Source: Lama guanicoe
Lineage: Eukaryota
Assembly (NCBI GenBank): GCA_013239625.1
Contig: MU053513.1
Coordinates: forward strand, 1,848,927 to 1,912,926
DNA length: 64,000 bases
Reading direction: 5' to 3'
A model generated the notes under the pieces. It searched no databases. It worked only from the letters and a program-made list of their open reading frames with translations, and was not told where the DNA came from. Of this stretch, positions 12,840 through 24,245 are shown in pieces. The translations under genes and the position numbers were made by a program. Within the stretch, counting starts at the first letter, position 1, and the number at the start of each line of letters is the position of its first letter.

Positions 12840-14199
12840 GTAAAGTGATGCTTTTCAAATTATAAAAATGCTTTAGGATAAAGAATTGACCATTGGAAGA
12901 ACTATATTATGTTAGTGAAATGATTGGATGAAAGAGTTGTAATAGATTTTAGGTGTTAAGAGTGCATAACAGTGAGAGACCAGTCAGGTCACTGTAGTTC
13001 TGGTGAGTTAATTTCTCCTGCTGTAGATTTTTGTTTTTCATGCACTGGTAATAGATTTTGTTTTATGTATTTGTGCTGGCAAGAAATCTCCTTACTGATA
13101 TGCTAAAGTATAGGTTTCCATAAGTTAGTGTTTTTTTCTGAAAGCATGTACCCAGACTGCATTCTCTACTCCCACCTCTTTATGGAATATGGTATTTTTG
13201 GTGGAGACTCTCTGTGCTTAAACCTAGTTTCCACACAGTGAGTATATTACAGGGTATTCTTTGATGGCAAGCAACAGGAAGTCTGGTCACAGAGTCAGTA
13301 GGAAGAACTGAATAACCAGGTTTTATGGGCAAAGACTGGTACAGTTCCATGTATCTAGGCAAGATGTAAGTCTCTTCAAAGTGCTTCTGTGAGTAATACA
13401 ACTCTAACTGTGTATTTATTACTCAGATTCCTAGTAGGGAATACTAGTAGAGTTCGGATCACCTGGGAGGCATGTTCATTGATAATCCTACTGATATTAT
13501 ATTGGTGGAGGGATAATTCTGTAAGTGAAAATGAAGATCTTCTGGTAAAAGAAGGGGAGAATTTATTTAACAGATGTAATAGATGAATAGTATATTCCAT
13601 GGTGTGGACACATTATATACACACACACAGAGACTTCTGCTTCTCTTCATAGATTTAGGGGGTTTTCTGTGTGTCCTTGCCTAGAAATTTTCACATACAC
13701 AGGAAGATATAATAGGTAAGGATTTATTTATTGTGCCTGAGCCTCGTTTGCTTCCTAAATATAAGGAGGCCAATGAACATAGTTCATTCTGTGAGCGTTT
13801 AAATAAGTGGCTAATGACTGTATCCATTAGAATTTAATCAGCAAAAGCCATTCTAAGTATTTTTAGTAGAACAGGAATGCAGGCAATGAAAGATTTAAAT
13901 AACTACTAAAAGAACTAGGCAGTGAAGATGCAGAAGACCACAGCTGACTTTTAGGAAATCTGAAAGTGGAGTAGGCTGCCATACTGGAGGTAGGAGTCAG
14001 GGCAGTGGCCTGCAGTGGGGTTTCAGAGCCCAGAGAGGGTAAAGAAAGCTTCTGTGTAGTGGTGTGGTCCTGGTCAAGGATGTTGGAGCAGAGGCAGGGT
14101 GAGAATGGATGCCCACGTTGGCTGGAGATCGGGTGTGAGGGGACACAGCTCAGTGGCAGTGGTAGAGTTGAGGGATTGTTTCTGTGTGTAGAATTGATC

Positions 14200-15445
14200 A
14201 AATAATTAAAGTATAATGAGAGCCAGATTTCTCATTTTCAGATGAGGGAGCTACAAATATGGAAAGAGAGAAAACTAAATTGGACTCTGTTATTGGATTA
14301 AAATTGTAGGTATCTTTGTGAACTCATTGTCATATATTTATACATACATACATATAGAGGTTTAAACGTGTGTATGTGTACACGTGTATAGAAAGAAATG
14401 GTGTACATATACTAATTTCCTAACTCTGTCACTGAAAGGGCTTAGGAGCAATGATAACTCCAGTAGGGTTGAGCATACCTAGCTTTTATCAGACCTTGGC
14501 TTCTAAATATCTTTCTCCAGTAAAAGGAATCTGCCCTCCTTGGAGAAATGGGCCAGGGCAAGGGAAATTACAAGATGAGCTTGGAACTTCTTACTGTGCC
14601 AAAAATTAAAGAAGTTTTTGAAGAATGATGGAGAAATGTCAAAAGTACACAGAAATTAGCTTGAAGGGACTCCTACTTGTCAAATTTGGGACAGTTGGAG
14701 CTTCAAAATAAATTACAATAATATTATAACCCATTAAACAAAATAGGAGATATCTTCTTGTCTATACTGACATAAATAAGTGAATAAATTGAAAGATTAC
14801 TGAGGAATGGAATATTAACATAGTTTCAACATACTCCTCACAAAATATTTGTTAATTGTGAAGAAAAAAGACTAACTTTAAGCAAAGGAGCCTGGCACCA
14901 ACTCAGGGAACTTACTAAAGAGAACATCAGTAGAAATGGAACATAACAAAATCATGTGCCAAGGTAGGATACAGTGAGAAAAAAATAGAGCATCACTTGT
15001 TTGGTACACAATGCGTAACCTGAATCTAAAATGAGAAAAGACAGACAAACCAAAATCGGAAGACATTTTGTAAAACAACTGGCCTGTAATCTTCAAAATT
15101 GTCAAGGTTGTGAATGTCAAGACTGAGGCACTGTGCCAAATTCAAGGGAATATGAAGTTAAATGCAACAGGTGATTCTTAAATGGATCCTTTGGCTATAA
15201 ATACATGTACTGAATCAATTAGAAAAACTTAATGGAGTCTGAGGATTAGGTGGATTAGGTGCTAGTATTATAGCAGTGTTAATTTCCAGATTTTTATCAT
15301 TTGTGTTAATTGTGTAGGAAAAAGTCCTTGTGTGTTTAGCAACTTACTCTGAAATGGTCTAGGAAAAGAACATTTCTTTGTGTTAATGCTGGTACTGGAG
15401 TTTCCTGTAAGTCTGAGATTGTTTCAAAGTTAAAAAAATTTTAAA
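14200..15445 (+). mobile_element. L1MC-like 3' UTR fragment
   Basis: gagccagatttctca...atatggaaag...gacaaaccaaaat...acaactggcctgtaatcttcaaaa...gagattgtttcaaa followed by an A-rich tail. Confidence 0.75.
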
Positions 15446-15597
15446 TTGCACAAAGCTTCTGGAAATTATCTATACTGCTTGCCACTGATGAGTCTCTGGA
15501 AAATGCCTAGAAGCCTGATAGACTTGACGAGCCACTAATCTCAGGACCCTGGTGAGTTCTGTTCTGAGGATGTTGCTATAAAAGATGTTAGCTGCCA

Positions 15598-15728
15598 GGG
15601 CAGGATATAGCTCAGTGGTGGAGCACGTGCTTAGCATGCATGAGGTACTCGATTCAGTTCCCCAGTAGCTCCATTACAAAAAAATTAACAAATGAACTTA
15701 ATTACTCCCCTCCTCCCCCCCAAAAAAA
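15598..15728 (+). mobile_element. Camelid-type tRNA-derived SINE (diverged copy)
   Basis: atagctcagtggtggagc (A box), degenerate B box, taattactcccc plus A tail. Confidence 0.85.
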
Positions 15729-15739
15729 TTTTTGTTTAA

Positions 15740-17610
15740 TTAAAGAAATGGTGTTAGCTTCCTGTGACACCAAGTGAGGAATTCTTGAGAACATGCTTGG
15801 AAGTGGTGGCAAAATATTATTTGTGGATGCCTCAGTCCTGCCCACAGCAGCCACCAGAGAGGGTGGGGAAGTTTCTCTTTTTCTTGTACTTTCCATATAC
15901 TGCATATATCATTGGCAGTGCCTAATCTAGAGGTATCCTGGAAAATGTAGTCTTCCCTTTTATGGAAGAGTGTAAGAATGAATGGAGATGACACCTTAAC
16001 GAACAATTAATACAGTACAGTCTGCCCCCCTTGTCAGCTCAGCATCGGCATGCATTCACACTTCTGAGCAGCAACAGTAGCAAACGTATCATGTTCCTGC
16101 TTAATATGGTGCAGCTAGCTCATCTACCAGTAGGTGCAGCATTTACCCTTTCCCTAAACTTGAGAGACCCGAAGTCCCATCAGTCACTAGTCCATTTCTG
16201 GATAATGGTCATTCATCCTTAGTTCAGTCAGTTTAGTCACAATCTCCCTTTTAGATTCTGTAATCTAAAGAATAAACCATAGGTTAACCAATAATAACAT
16301 ACCTTATATGAGTTAGTAGAGGACTGAAAGAAAGGAAAAATAAGTTGGTAATTTTTCACAAATTTACTAAATGCTTACAAATATGTACATTGGGCAAGGG
16401 AGAAATATGTGTCTATAGCTGATAACTACCCTTTCCATATTCCCCATTTTCTCAGCCAACACTTCAGCTGATTATGGCTGTGTTTACCTGGTAAAGTAAC
16501 CCAGACCTTCATTCCTGAAGAATCTGAATGGTGCTTGTAGTGGTTTGAATGGTGTTCCCCCCCAAAAAGGTATTTCTGTGTGCTAAGCCCTGTGAATTTG
16601 ACTTTATTTGTGAAAATGGTCTTTGCATATATAATTAAGTTAAGGATTTTGAGATGAGATCACCCTGGGTTATCTGCATGGACTGTAAGTCCAATGATAA
16701 GTGTCCTTATCAGAGAGATACACAGGAGAGATACGGAGATGAGGTCAAAGCCATATGAAGACGGAAGGCAGAGATTGGAGTGTATGGTCACAGAGCTAAA
16801 GCTTAAAGAAGCAAGGAACAGAATCTCCCCTGTAGTCTCTGCAAAAAGCATAGTCCTCCCCACACTTTGGCTTGGACTTCTGAGCTCCAGAACTTTGAGA
16901 GAATAAATACCTAGTTTCAGCCACCAGGTTTGTGATCATTGGTTATAGCAGCCCTCTGGTATGGATACAGTAGGTGCAGTCTGGGTTTCAGACATAATCC
17001 TTCTTGTTCTTAGTAGTTACTTTATTTTACCCTTTATATAGCCCCTACTGTAACCTCCCCACTCCTTTTGCCTCTTAGTTCAGTGACATGAGGAACTCAG
17101 AATGGCCAGAGGAGTGTCTCATCTTCCTATCCAGTAAAACCACTGTTGATCCCTTTGAGAACTAATACCTCTAAACTAGTAGAGAACAAAGTTGTGACAA
17201 TGAGGAGCAAAGCCTTTGTGAGCGTCAGTGGGTAGTAATAAATAACTCCTCCTGCATAAGCTGTCCATATCCTTTACTTGGCACCTAGCCTCAGGTTTTC
17301 TGGTTGTGAGAAAAGCAGCGCCATATATGGTTTCTGGTTTGGAACATATACCACATCATAAAGGACAGTACCAAACCAACAGAGTTTTGTCACTCAGGTA
17401 CAAAAACAGTCTTCCGTAGGCCAGCAGCTTTTAGGTGATGACACGTGGTAGTCAGTGAATGCTAAGGATGTGAGCCCATTTCTTCATTTGTTTTGTGTAA
17501 AATTAGCTCCATAATCAGAGGAAATGGGGAATATTATCTCAGTGAATGAGACACAGTAAGACCAAGAATGGTGATACTTGGAGAAACATTGTGGGTTAGG
17601 AAGGTAAACC
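15740..17610 (-). mobile_element. ERVL-class remnant: LTR (~15740-16019) plus internal integrase/dUTPase region, interrupted by an MLT1C-like LTR
   Basis: LTR/PPT-like junction aca|gtctgccccccttgtca. Minus-strand pieces resemble degenerate ERV-L motifs GMKVWVT, WKLRLPPGHFGLLMPL and VYALNQRPIYG. Confidence 0.6.
16536..16969 (+). mobile_element. MLT1C-like MaLR solo LTR
   Basis: TG...CA ends; tgtagtggtttgaatggtg...taattaagttaaggattttgagatgagatca...gagagaataaat...gttatagcagccct. Confidence 0.85.
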
Positions 17611-17629
17611 CAAATCTAGTGTAAGTTCT

Positions 17630-18410
17630 AAGTATTTGTAAACAACAGATCATCAAGGGACTTATATCTAGACTATATAAAGAATTTATACAACTAGGGA
17701 AGACAAATATTCCAATTTAAAAATAAGCAGATTTTAATAGACATTATCCTTAAGAAGATATGACTGATAAGCACATGAAAAGGTATATACCGTGAGGAGT
17801 CATCAGTAGAATACAAATTAAAACCACAGTGAGATACCACTACACAACTCTTAGAATGGTTAAAATAAAGAAGTGGACAATATCAAGTTCTTACAAGAAC
17901 GTAGAGCAATTAGAATTCTTGTATAAACATTGTTGGTGGGCATGTAATGTTTGCAAAGACCTGTACACAAATGTTCATAGCAGTATTGCTCATAATTGCC
18001 CCAAATTGGAAATAATTGAACTGTCCATCAGCTGGCAAATGGCCAAACAAAATGTGGTAGATGCATACAATGGAGTACTGCTAAGCAATAAAAGGACTGA
18101 GCTACTGATTCATGCAACAATATGAGTCTCAAACATTATGCCAAGTGAAAGAATACAAGACATAAAAAAGACTAATGTCTAATTCCATTTACATGAAATT
18201 TCTAAAAAATGAAAAATAAAGTAGGTCACTGGTTTCCTAGGGCTGAGAGAAAGGGATTGATTGCAGTGACACAGGGGAACGTTTCGGGGTGTCGGAAGTG
18301 TTTTAAATTGGATCTGGTGGTGGTTGCACAACTATAAACACTGAAAACCATTGAACTTTACATTAATAGTGGGTGGATTACACTTTAATAAAGCTGTCTT
18401 CTAAAATGCA
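17630..18410 (+). mobile_element. L1M 3' fragment
   Basis: aagcacatgaaaag...aaattaaaaccacagtgagataccactacac...caaatgttcatagcag...aataaagctg. Confidence 0.85.
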
Positions 18411-18879
18411 AGTTTATGATTATTCTGTAACACTAGGGTTTTTAAATCTTATTCCACCATTACCACCCCTTTGTTAAACAAAGCAGTGTGTTAGTATAAA
18501 AAATAACACTGGAGTACAAAAGTATGTGAGCTTTATAGACTGGACATTTTAAGTGGAGTTTCTGAAAAATTGAAAAAGCAAGTAGGATCAGTTTGAAGAA
18601 GCAAACCAGTGTCACAGGAAATGAGCACACAGGCTTCATGCTTGGAAGTGGCAGATACCAATAATGACCTCAGCACTCTGCTGCCCGCGCTGTACTAGAC
18701 AGTAAGCAAAAAGGTAACTGCCTGGATTGAGCAGTGAACTTGGACTCTTGGGTCAGTTAAAAAAGGCATTAGATAGCTTGTAATACCTAGAAAGAATTGT
18801 GTTTTCCTAAATTATACCTTGAAATAAATAGGACTGATCCTCAGGGATATGCATAAGGATATTGTATCCTAAAAACAAA

Positions 18880-19300
18880 ACCCAGGTCAGTAGAGGGGTT
18901 GATTGAATGACAGAACAGATACTGCTGGAGAGCAGATCAGTGTGCTGGAAGATCTAGTGAAGGGTGTCTCCTAAAATGAAGCACAAGGATAAACAGAAGG
19001 AAAATAAAAGTTTCAACATGTTTGATAGATACAGAATCCGTGTTTTTCTAATAGGTATTTAGGAGAGCATGAAGGGGAGGAACTCCTTTTAGAGCAGCAG
19101 TTTAATAGAGTAGTTTCTGAGAACTAAAGAAAAACAGATGCCTTTAAATTACTGAGGTGATTGTACTTAACTAAATTTTAAAAAGCCCCCACCTAGATAC
19201 ATAAGGAAGGAATATGCTAATGTCAAAGATAAAGTTCTAAAAGGGTCCAGACCTGGTAATGCTATGAATTAAATGGATTCATCTGACAGAATCAGCCTAA
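18880..19300 (+). mobile_element. Highly degenerate L1 ORF1/HAL1-like fragment
   Basis: agagcagatcagtgtgctggaaga and ctaataggtatttaggag resemble the ORF1 coiled-coil/IIGVPE region. Confidence 0.45.
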
Positions 19301-19459
19301 CATTCCATTTCAGAAATCTCAGTTCTCTAGGGATAAGTTGTGCATCACAGAAAGTGCCTTGAGACACACAAGCCTTGATTTCTTTGTTAACCATCAGAGA
19401 CAGTCACAACATTATTCATTGCCTTTCATTGTTCTATGGAAGCAGCTACCCTGTGTCCG

Positions 19460-19960
19460 AGGAAGATCCTTGCCCTCAAAGAACTTACATTTATTAGATA
19501 ACTAATACATTATATGTCAAAAGGTGATGAGTTCTATGGAAAAGGAAAAGATATCCTTATCTAACAGGATAAGCAGAATCAGGAGTACAGTGATGAGGGC
19601 AGGAGTGAGGTCCAGCTTTAAACACGGTAATCAAGATAGGCCTCACTGAGAAGGGGACATTTAAGCAAAGACTTGAAGAAGGTGGGGGAGATAATTCAGA
19701 TTCCTGTGAAAAGAAGGGATAGCCATGCAAAAGCTTTGAGAAGTGGGAATATATCTGCTTGATTCTGGGAACAACAAAGGAGTTTGTCTGGCCAACAGTG
19801 AAAAAATGAGGAAGCAAGTCTTAGAAGATGAAGTCAGATCATGGAGTCAGACCACGGAGGTACTTCGGGGATGTTTGTTCTCAGGCTCTCTGGGATCAAT
19901 GGCAGGGTTTGGATTAGATTTGGTTGTAGGAGAGAAATGATCTGAACTTGATTGTCTTTG
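19460..19960 (-). mobile_element. L2 fragment
   Basis: ccttgccctcaaagaacttacat...ggcctcactgagaaggggacatttaagcaaagacttgaag. Confidence 0.75.
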
Positions 19961-20870
19961 TCCACAGGTAATATGTACTGTGGGCATTTAGTTACCCATC
20001 GTGACATATTTTCAGGAGTCTTACTGTCTTTTCACATTTTACAATTAGGTAATTTTTAAATACCCTTCATTTTCCTCAGGCTCTGTTGCTATTCCTTTCT
20101 TTCTATACCAGTTTTTCAATCAATTCAGTTTCTTTAGTTGGAAGTGGTAGAAGTCAGATTGGCTAACTTAAGCAAAAAAATTTATTGAAAAGAAAAATTG
20201 AATAATCAGACCTCCAGAAGTTCAGGAACCAAGGTATTCCATTACAGCTAACAAAATTGACATTGGAATGACTCCATTCCAATTAGGTTACTCCTCTGAA
20301 GATTTCTATTTCTGGTAGTTTTGCCTAATTTTAGTCACATACCCATTCCTTGGGCCTGAGGACTAGAGGAGGGAGTAGAACCTCTTCAAGGACTGTCCCA
20401 CTGCTTTTGAGAATTTATCATATACATATATGTATGTTGTCTGTGCAGTGACTTGTGCAGGATTATTCGTTGCAGCATTCTGTTTGTAATAGCAACATGT
20501 CTACTAATATTTTAAGTGAACGGAAGTAAAATGTAGACATTGGGTATGGTATGTTTAAATGAGATTTACACATCAGATTTTTAATAAACGTGTGGAGTGT
20601 TTATTGTTTTGAAGTCTTTACTTTGACTGTTTTCACTTATCCAATCTTTTATGCCCCTTTTGTGTGCACTTGCTAAATTTTGGGATATAACTGAGGATTG
20701 TTGTTAAGTGTTACCATGTATCCTGGTACTAAGATGACTTAACATCAATATACATTACATTTTTTGTGTGTGAGGAATTAGCCTCATTAGACGCTAAGTA
20801 GAATGGTTGTATTGTTTTGTTACAGAGCAAGTTCTAAATATTAGGTGACTGATTTTTTTCCCCCCTGTAG

Positions 20871-20973
20871 CTCAACAGAGCATTCCAAGAGGAGGACTCT
20901 CCAACTACTTTTTATTGCATCAGTATGCAGTGGTTTAGAGAATGGGAAAGTTTTGTGAAGGGTAAAGATGGAG
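20871..20973 (+). CDS. USP33: USP33 coding exon (103 nt): [38 protein letters not shown]2
   Basis: Acceptor cctgtag|CTC, donor GAG|gtgagt. Confidence 0.96.
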
Positions 20974-21114
20974 GTGAGTGTTTAACTGAAAAATGAAATT
21001 CTTTGCAGATATTTTATTTGATGAATGTTATTTAAATTTCACTATGCACTTGGGATTACACTAGTGAACAAGATCCTGCCCTCTGGGAGCATACGTTCTA
21101 GTTTATAATTTGTG

Positions 21115-21248
21115 TTTTTTTATTATTATTTAATTTTGGTTGGGGGGAGTAATTAGGTTTATTTATTTTTAGAGGAGGTGCTGGGGATTGAACCCAGGAC
21201 CTCGTGCATGCTAAGCGTGCACTCTACCGCTTGAGCTATACCCTCCCC
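21115..21248 (-). mobile_element. Camelid-type tRNA-derived SINE
   Basis: ggggattgaacccaggacctcgtgcatgctaagc...gagctataccctcccc; approximate TSD TATAATTT. Confidence 0.93.
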
Positions 21249-21477
21249 TATAATTTTGTTATTTTTAATTTTTTAAAAACTTGCCATGAATTCTAGCATA
21301 TTTGTAGAGGAACTGAATAGAATTAGTCTGCAGTCTTAACATTGAAAAATTAAAAGAAAAAAAATTCTTCCTACAATAAAATTGGTTAAATTATGGTTTA
21401 TCCATTATCATGGGATACTATGTGGACTTTAAAAATAATTTGTGTGGCTGTTTAATAATTTAAAAATAAGATGTTCT

Positions 21478-21628
21478 TTTTTGTGTGGGTAGAGGAGGTA
21501 ATTAGGTATGTATTTATTTTTATATATGTATCGAGAGAGAGAGAAAGAGAGGGAGAGAGGGGTACTGAGGATTGAACCCCAGACCTCATGCATGCTAAGC
21601 ACCCACTCTACCACTATACTCTCCCCCC
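21478..21628 (-). mobile_element. Camelid-type tRNA-derived SINE with internal (GA)n expansion
   Basis: Exact TSD AAGATGTTCT at 21468-21477 and 21629-21638. Confidence 0.93.
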
Positions 21629-22006
21629 AAGATGTTCTAAGGTTGCAATACAGTATACGTAGTTTCAACGTCTTGTATTTAAAAAAAAAAAAGACATAGG
21701 CAAGAAAACCACAAAGATATTAAAACAGTTTGCCTATCTTTCTGTAGTGAGATAACAGTATTTTTTTTCTTCCTTACGCCTTCTATTTCTTGATGGTTTT
21801 TGAAAACATACACTATACTTTTGTATTCAAGGGGAAAACAAGGTTTTTTTCCTTAAATGAAAAAAGGATGTATTTTAATATTTCACTTGTAATGCTTTTA
21901 TTGTTTTTAGTTTAATGATAAGCTGAACAAATCAAGAATTGCATAATTTCTTTTTAAATTACAAAGAAATTGTTATTTCCTAGTATTAAAAGTGCATTTT
22001 AAATCA

Positions 22007-22143
22007 GGGAGGGTATAACTCAGTGGTAGAGTGCATGCCCGGCATGGACAAGGCCCTGGGTTCAATCCCCAGCACCTCTATTAAAAATAAATAAATAAAT
22101 AAATAAAAGCCTAATTAACTCTTCCCCCAAAACAAAAAAATAA
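22007..22143 (+). mobile_element. Camelid-type tRNA-derived SINE
   Basis: gggagggtataactcagtggtagag...gggttcaatcccc; (TAAA)n; near TSD AAAAGTRCATTTTAA. Confidence 0.93.
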
Positions 22144-22194
22144 AAAAGTACATTTTAACCTGTAAGCCTCAAATGGATAGTTAAGAAGTCATTT

Positions 22195-22352
22195 CTTTTT
22201 TCTTTTTTAAAAAAATTTGTATCTAGTTATTTATTTTTGTTAGGGACAGGTAATAGGTTTGTTTATTTATTTATTTATTTTTTACTGGGGATTGAACTCA
22301 GGACCTTGCGCATGCGAGGCATGCACTCTACCACTAAGCTGTACCCTCCCCC
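22195..22352 (-). mobile_element. Camelid-type tRNA-derived SINE
   Basis: Exact TSD AGAAGTCATTT at 22184-22194 and 22353-22363. Confidence 0.93.
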
Positions 22353-22613
22353 AGAAGTCATTTTTATTACGTTTTGGGTAGTAGTGAGAAAACCTCTCTC
22401 ACCTTATTTCCTGGTTCTGTTTTGAGGGAAGTAAGACCCTAAAAGGAAGATGCTTAGAAGACAGTTAAAAATTGACTATAATAATCTGACTGAAAAATAA
22501 TCTGACTATACATTTCCAGCCTTCAGCTATTTCAGGCACAGAAATGTGCAGTTCTTCGGTACACTTCTTTGAAAAGTATATATTTTGATGATTTGTTTTT
22601 CCTTTTGACTTAG

Positions 22614-22682
22614 ATCCTCCAGGTCCTATTGATAACACTAAAATTGCAGTCACTAAATGTGGCAGTGTGATGCTCAGGCAAG
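22614..22682 (+). CDS. USP33: USP33 coding exon (69 nt): [23 protein letters not shown]
   Basis: Acceptor acttag|AT, donor AAG|gtaagc; PGPIDN DUSP motif. Confidence 0.96.
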
Positions 22683-23061
22683 GTAAGCCTTTACTTGTTA
22701 ATGATCTGTCACTGTGAAGAATATATCATCACTAGCCATCTATATACCACTTTTTTTTTACCCATTTCAATGATGTCATTCATCCATGAAGTAGGACAAA
22801 TACTGGAAAAGTTAACAATATTTAATTTTTATCTGAGGAAAGGTTTTAAGGCTGTTGATGGGAGCTAGGGAAAAGGATCTATAACTTTTCAATAAAGTTT
22901 CAACTTATAACAGTATGGGATGGTAGTCTGAAGATTCATGTTCCAAAAGCTCTCAGTTATTCCCAGAAGATTCATACTGGAGGGTACATTATGAAAGATT
23001 TTACAATATGAATATGTAGGTTTGTAAACAATGTTCTTTCTTTACATATACTTAATTTTAG

Positions 23062-23219
23062 GAGCAGATTCTGGTCAGATTTCTGAAGAAACATGGAGTT
23101 TTCTACAGTCTATATATGGTGGAGGGCCCGAAGTTATCCTGCGACCTCCGGTTGTACACATTGATCCTGATGTACTACAAACAGAAGAAAAAATTGAAGT
23201 AGAAACTCGGTCTTTGTAA
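23062..23219 (+). CDS. USP33: USP33 terminal coding exon: [12 protein letters not shown]...YGGGP...[11 protein letters not shown]
   Basis: Acceptor ttttag|GA; TAA at 23217-23219; ORF 23031..23219. Confidence 0.96.
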
Positions 23220-24245
23220 TTTTGAGGATATAGAGAGTTCTGATGAGAAATCATTTTCACTTCCCCTGACATACACACATGCAGAAACATTCCTAAAAGC
23301 ATGTTTATTTTCTCGATTTTTAATACTTTATCTTTTATTCCTTCTTACTGGGCATTATGGAAGAATGTGTTAAAATGTATAATATTCTACAGGTTGGTAT
23401 ATTTAGTGCTAGATTACTTACCATAAAGTCTTTCAGTGTAATATTTTTGAAAGAGAAGGGGTAATTGTGATCATTTGGTAATCAGTAGGTTATCTTTGGT
23501 CTTTATACTACATGTACATCCATAGTATCCTTTGTAGCTTTGTAAATACTTTTGCTTTGAAAACTTTTTCATTACCCTGAACCACCATAACTGACCAATC
23601 TTTTCAGTTCTCCAAAAACCTAATTTAATTGTATAGTTTTGACATGGCTTCGTATAATAAAGAGCCTATTTTAAATTGAGAGTTGTAGTCAGGAAAATGT
23701 TGTTAATTTCCTCAAGCTCAGGAAACTGGTAGGGTGTCACTTTGCACTGCAGCATATAAACTAGCATATTAATATTTACAGAATGTCTTTTTGAATGTAT
23801 CAAGGATGTATTTAGTCTGAGTGGAATTTGTGTCAGCAGACATCAGTAATTTATTGCCTCTCATACTGTAAAATGTTAAACTTCCTATAACTCTGGATAG
23901 TATTCATATTATCACTAAAAAATTTAGAGTAGGTTTTAGGGCACTTTTTATCTTGAGAGCATGCAATATAGAATGTGTCAATGAGATTGTTAATAAAGCT
24001 GAAGCCTCTTGCAGAATGATTTTTTAAATTAAATGCGTAAAAGTCTTTTTGAATATAATTGTATGCACTGCTATTTGCTTGATTATGTGATGTCAAAAGT
24101 TTAACTATATTCCAAGTATAAAAACAAACTGGATTACTTTGAGAATGTTAAATAGCATTCACAATGGCTTTGTTTTGGTTTGGGGCACTTGCCACCAGCT
24201 AAAACAGTGTTATTAGTTCAATAAAAATGATTTAAAAATGTATAA
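23220..24245 (+). other. USP33: USP33 3' UTR (approximate end)
   Basis: No recognisable repeats in the AT-rich segment after the stop; AATAAA at 23656, 23992 and 24220; repeats resume after about 24500. Confidence 0.75.
24220..24225 (+). terminator. Probable distal polyadenylation signal of USP33
   Basis: AATAAA followed about 20-30 nt later by GU/U-rich sequence (cttggttgttgaatttattt). Confidence 0.65.

Larger units (their letters stand above)
822..24245 (+). other. USP33: USP33 gene, 3' portion (15 coding exons plus 3' UTR); 5' exons including the ZnF-UBP domain and Cys box lie upstream of the window
   Basis: Spliced translation runs [20 protein letters not shown]...GHYIAYC...FDD...[11 protein letters not shown] and matches the recalled USP33 protein. 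All junctions are GT-AG with consistent phases. The 3' end is approximate. Confidence 0.97.
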
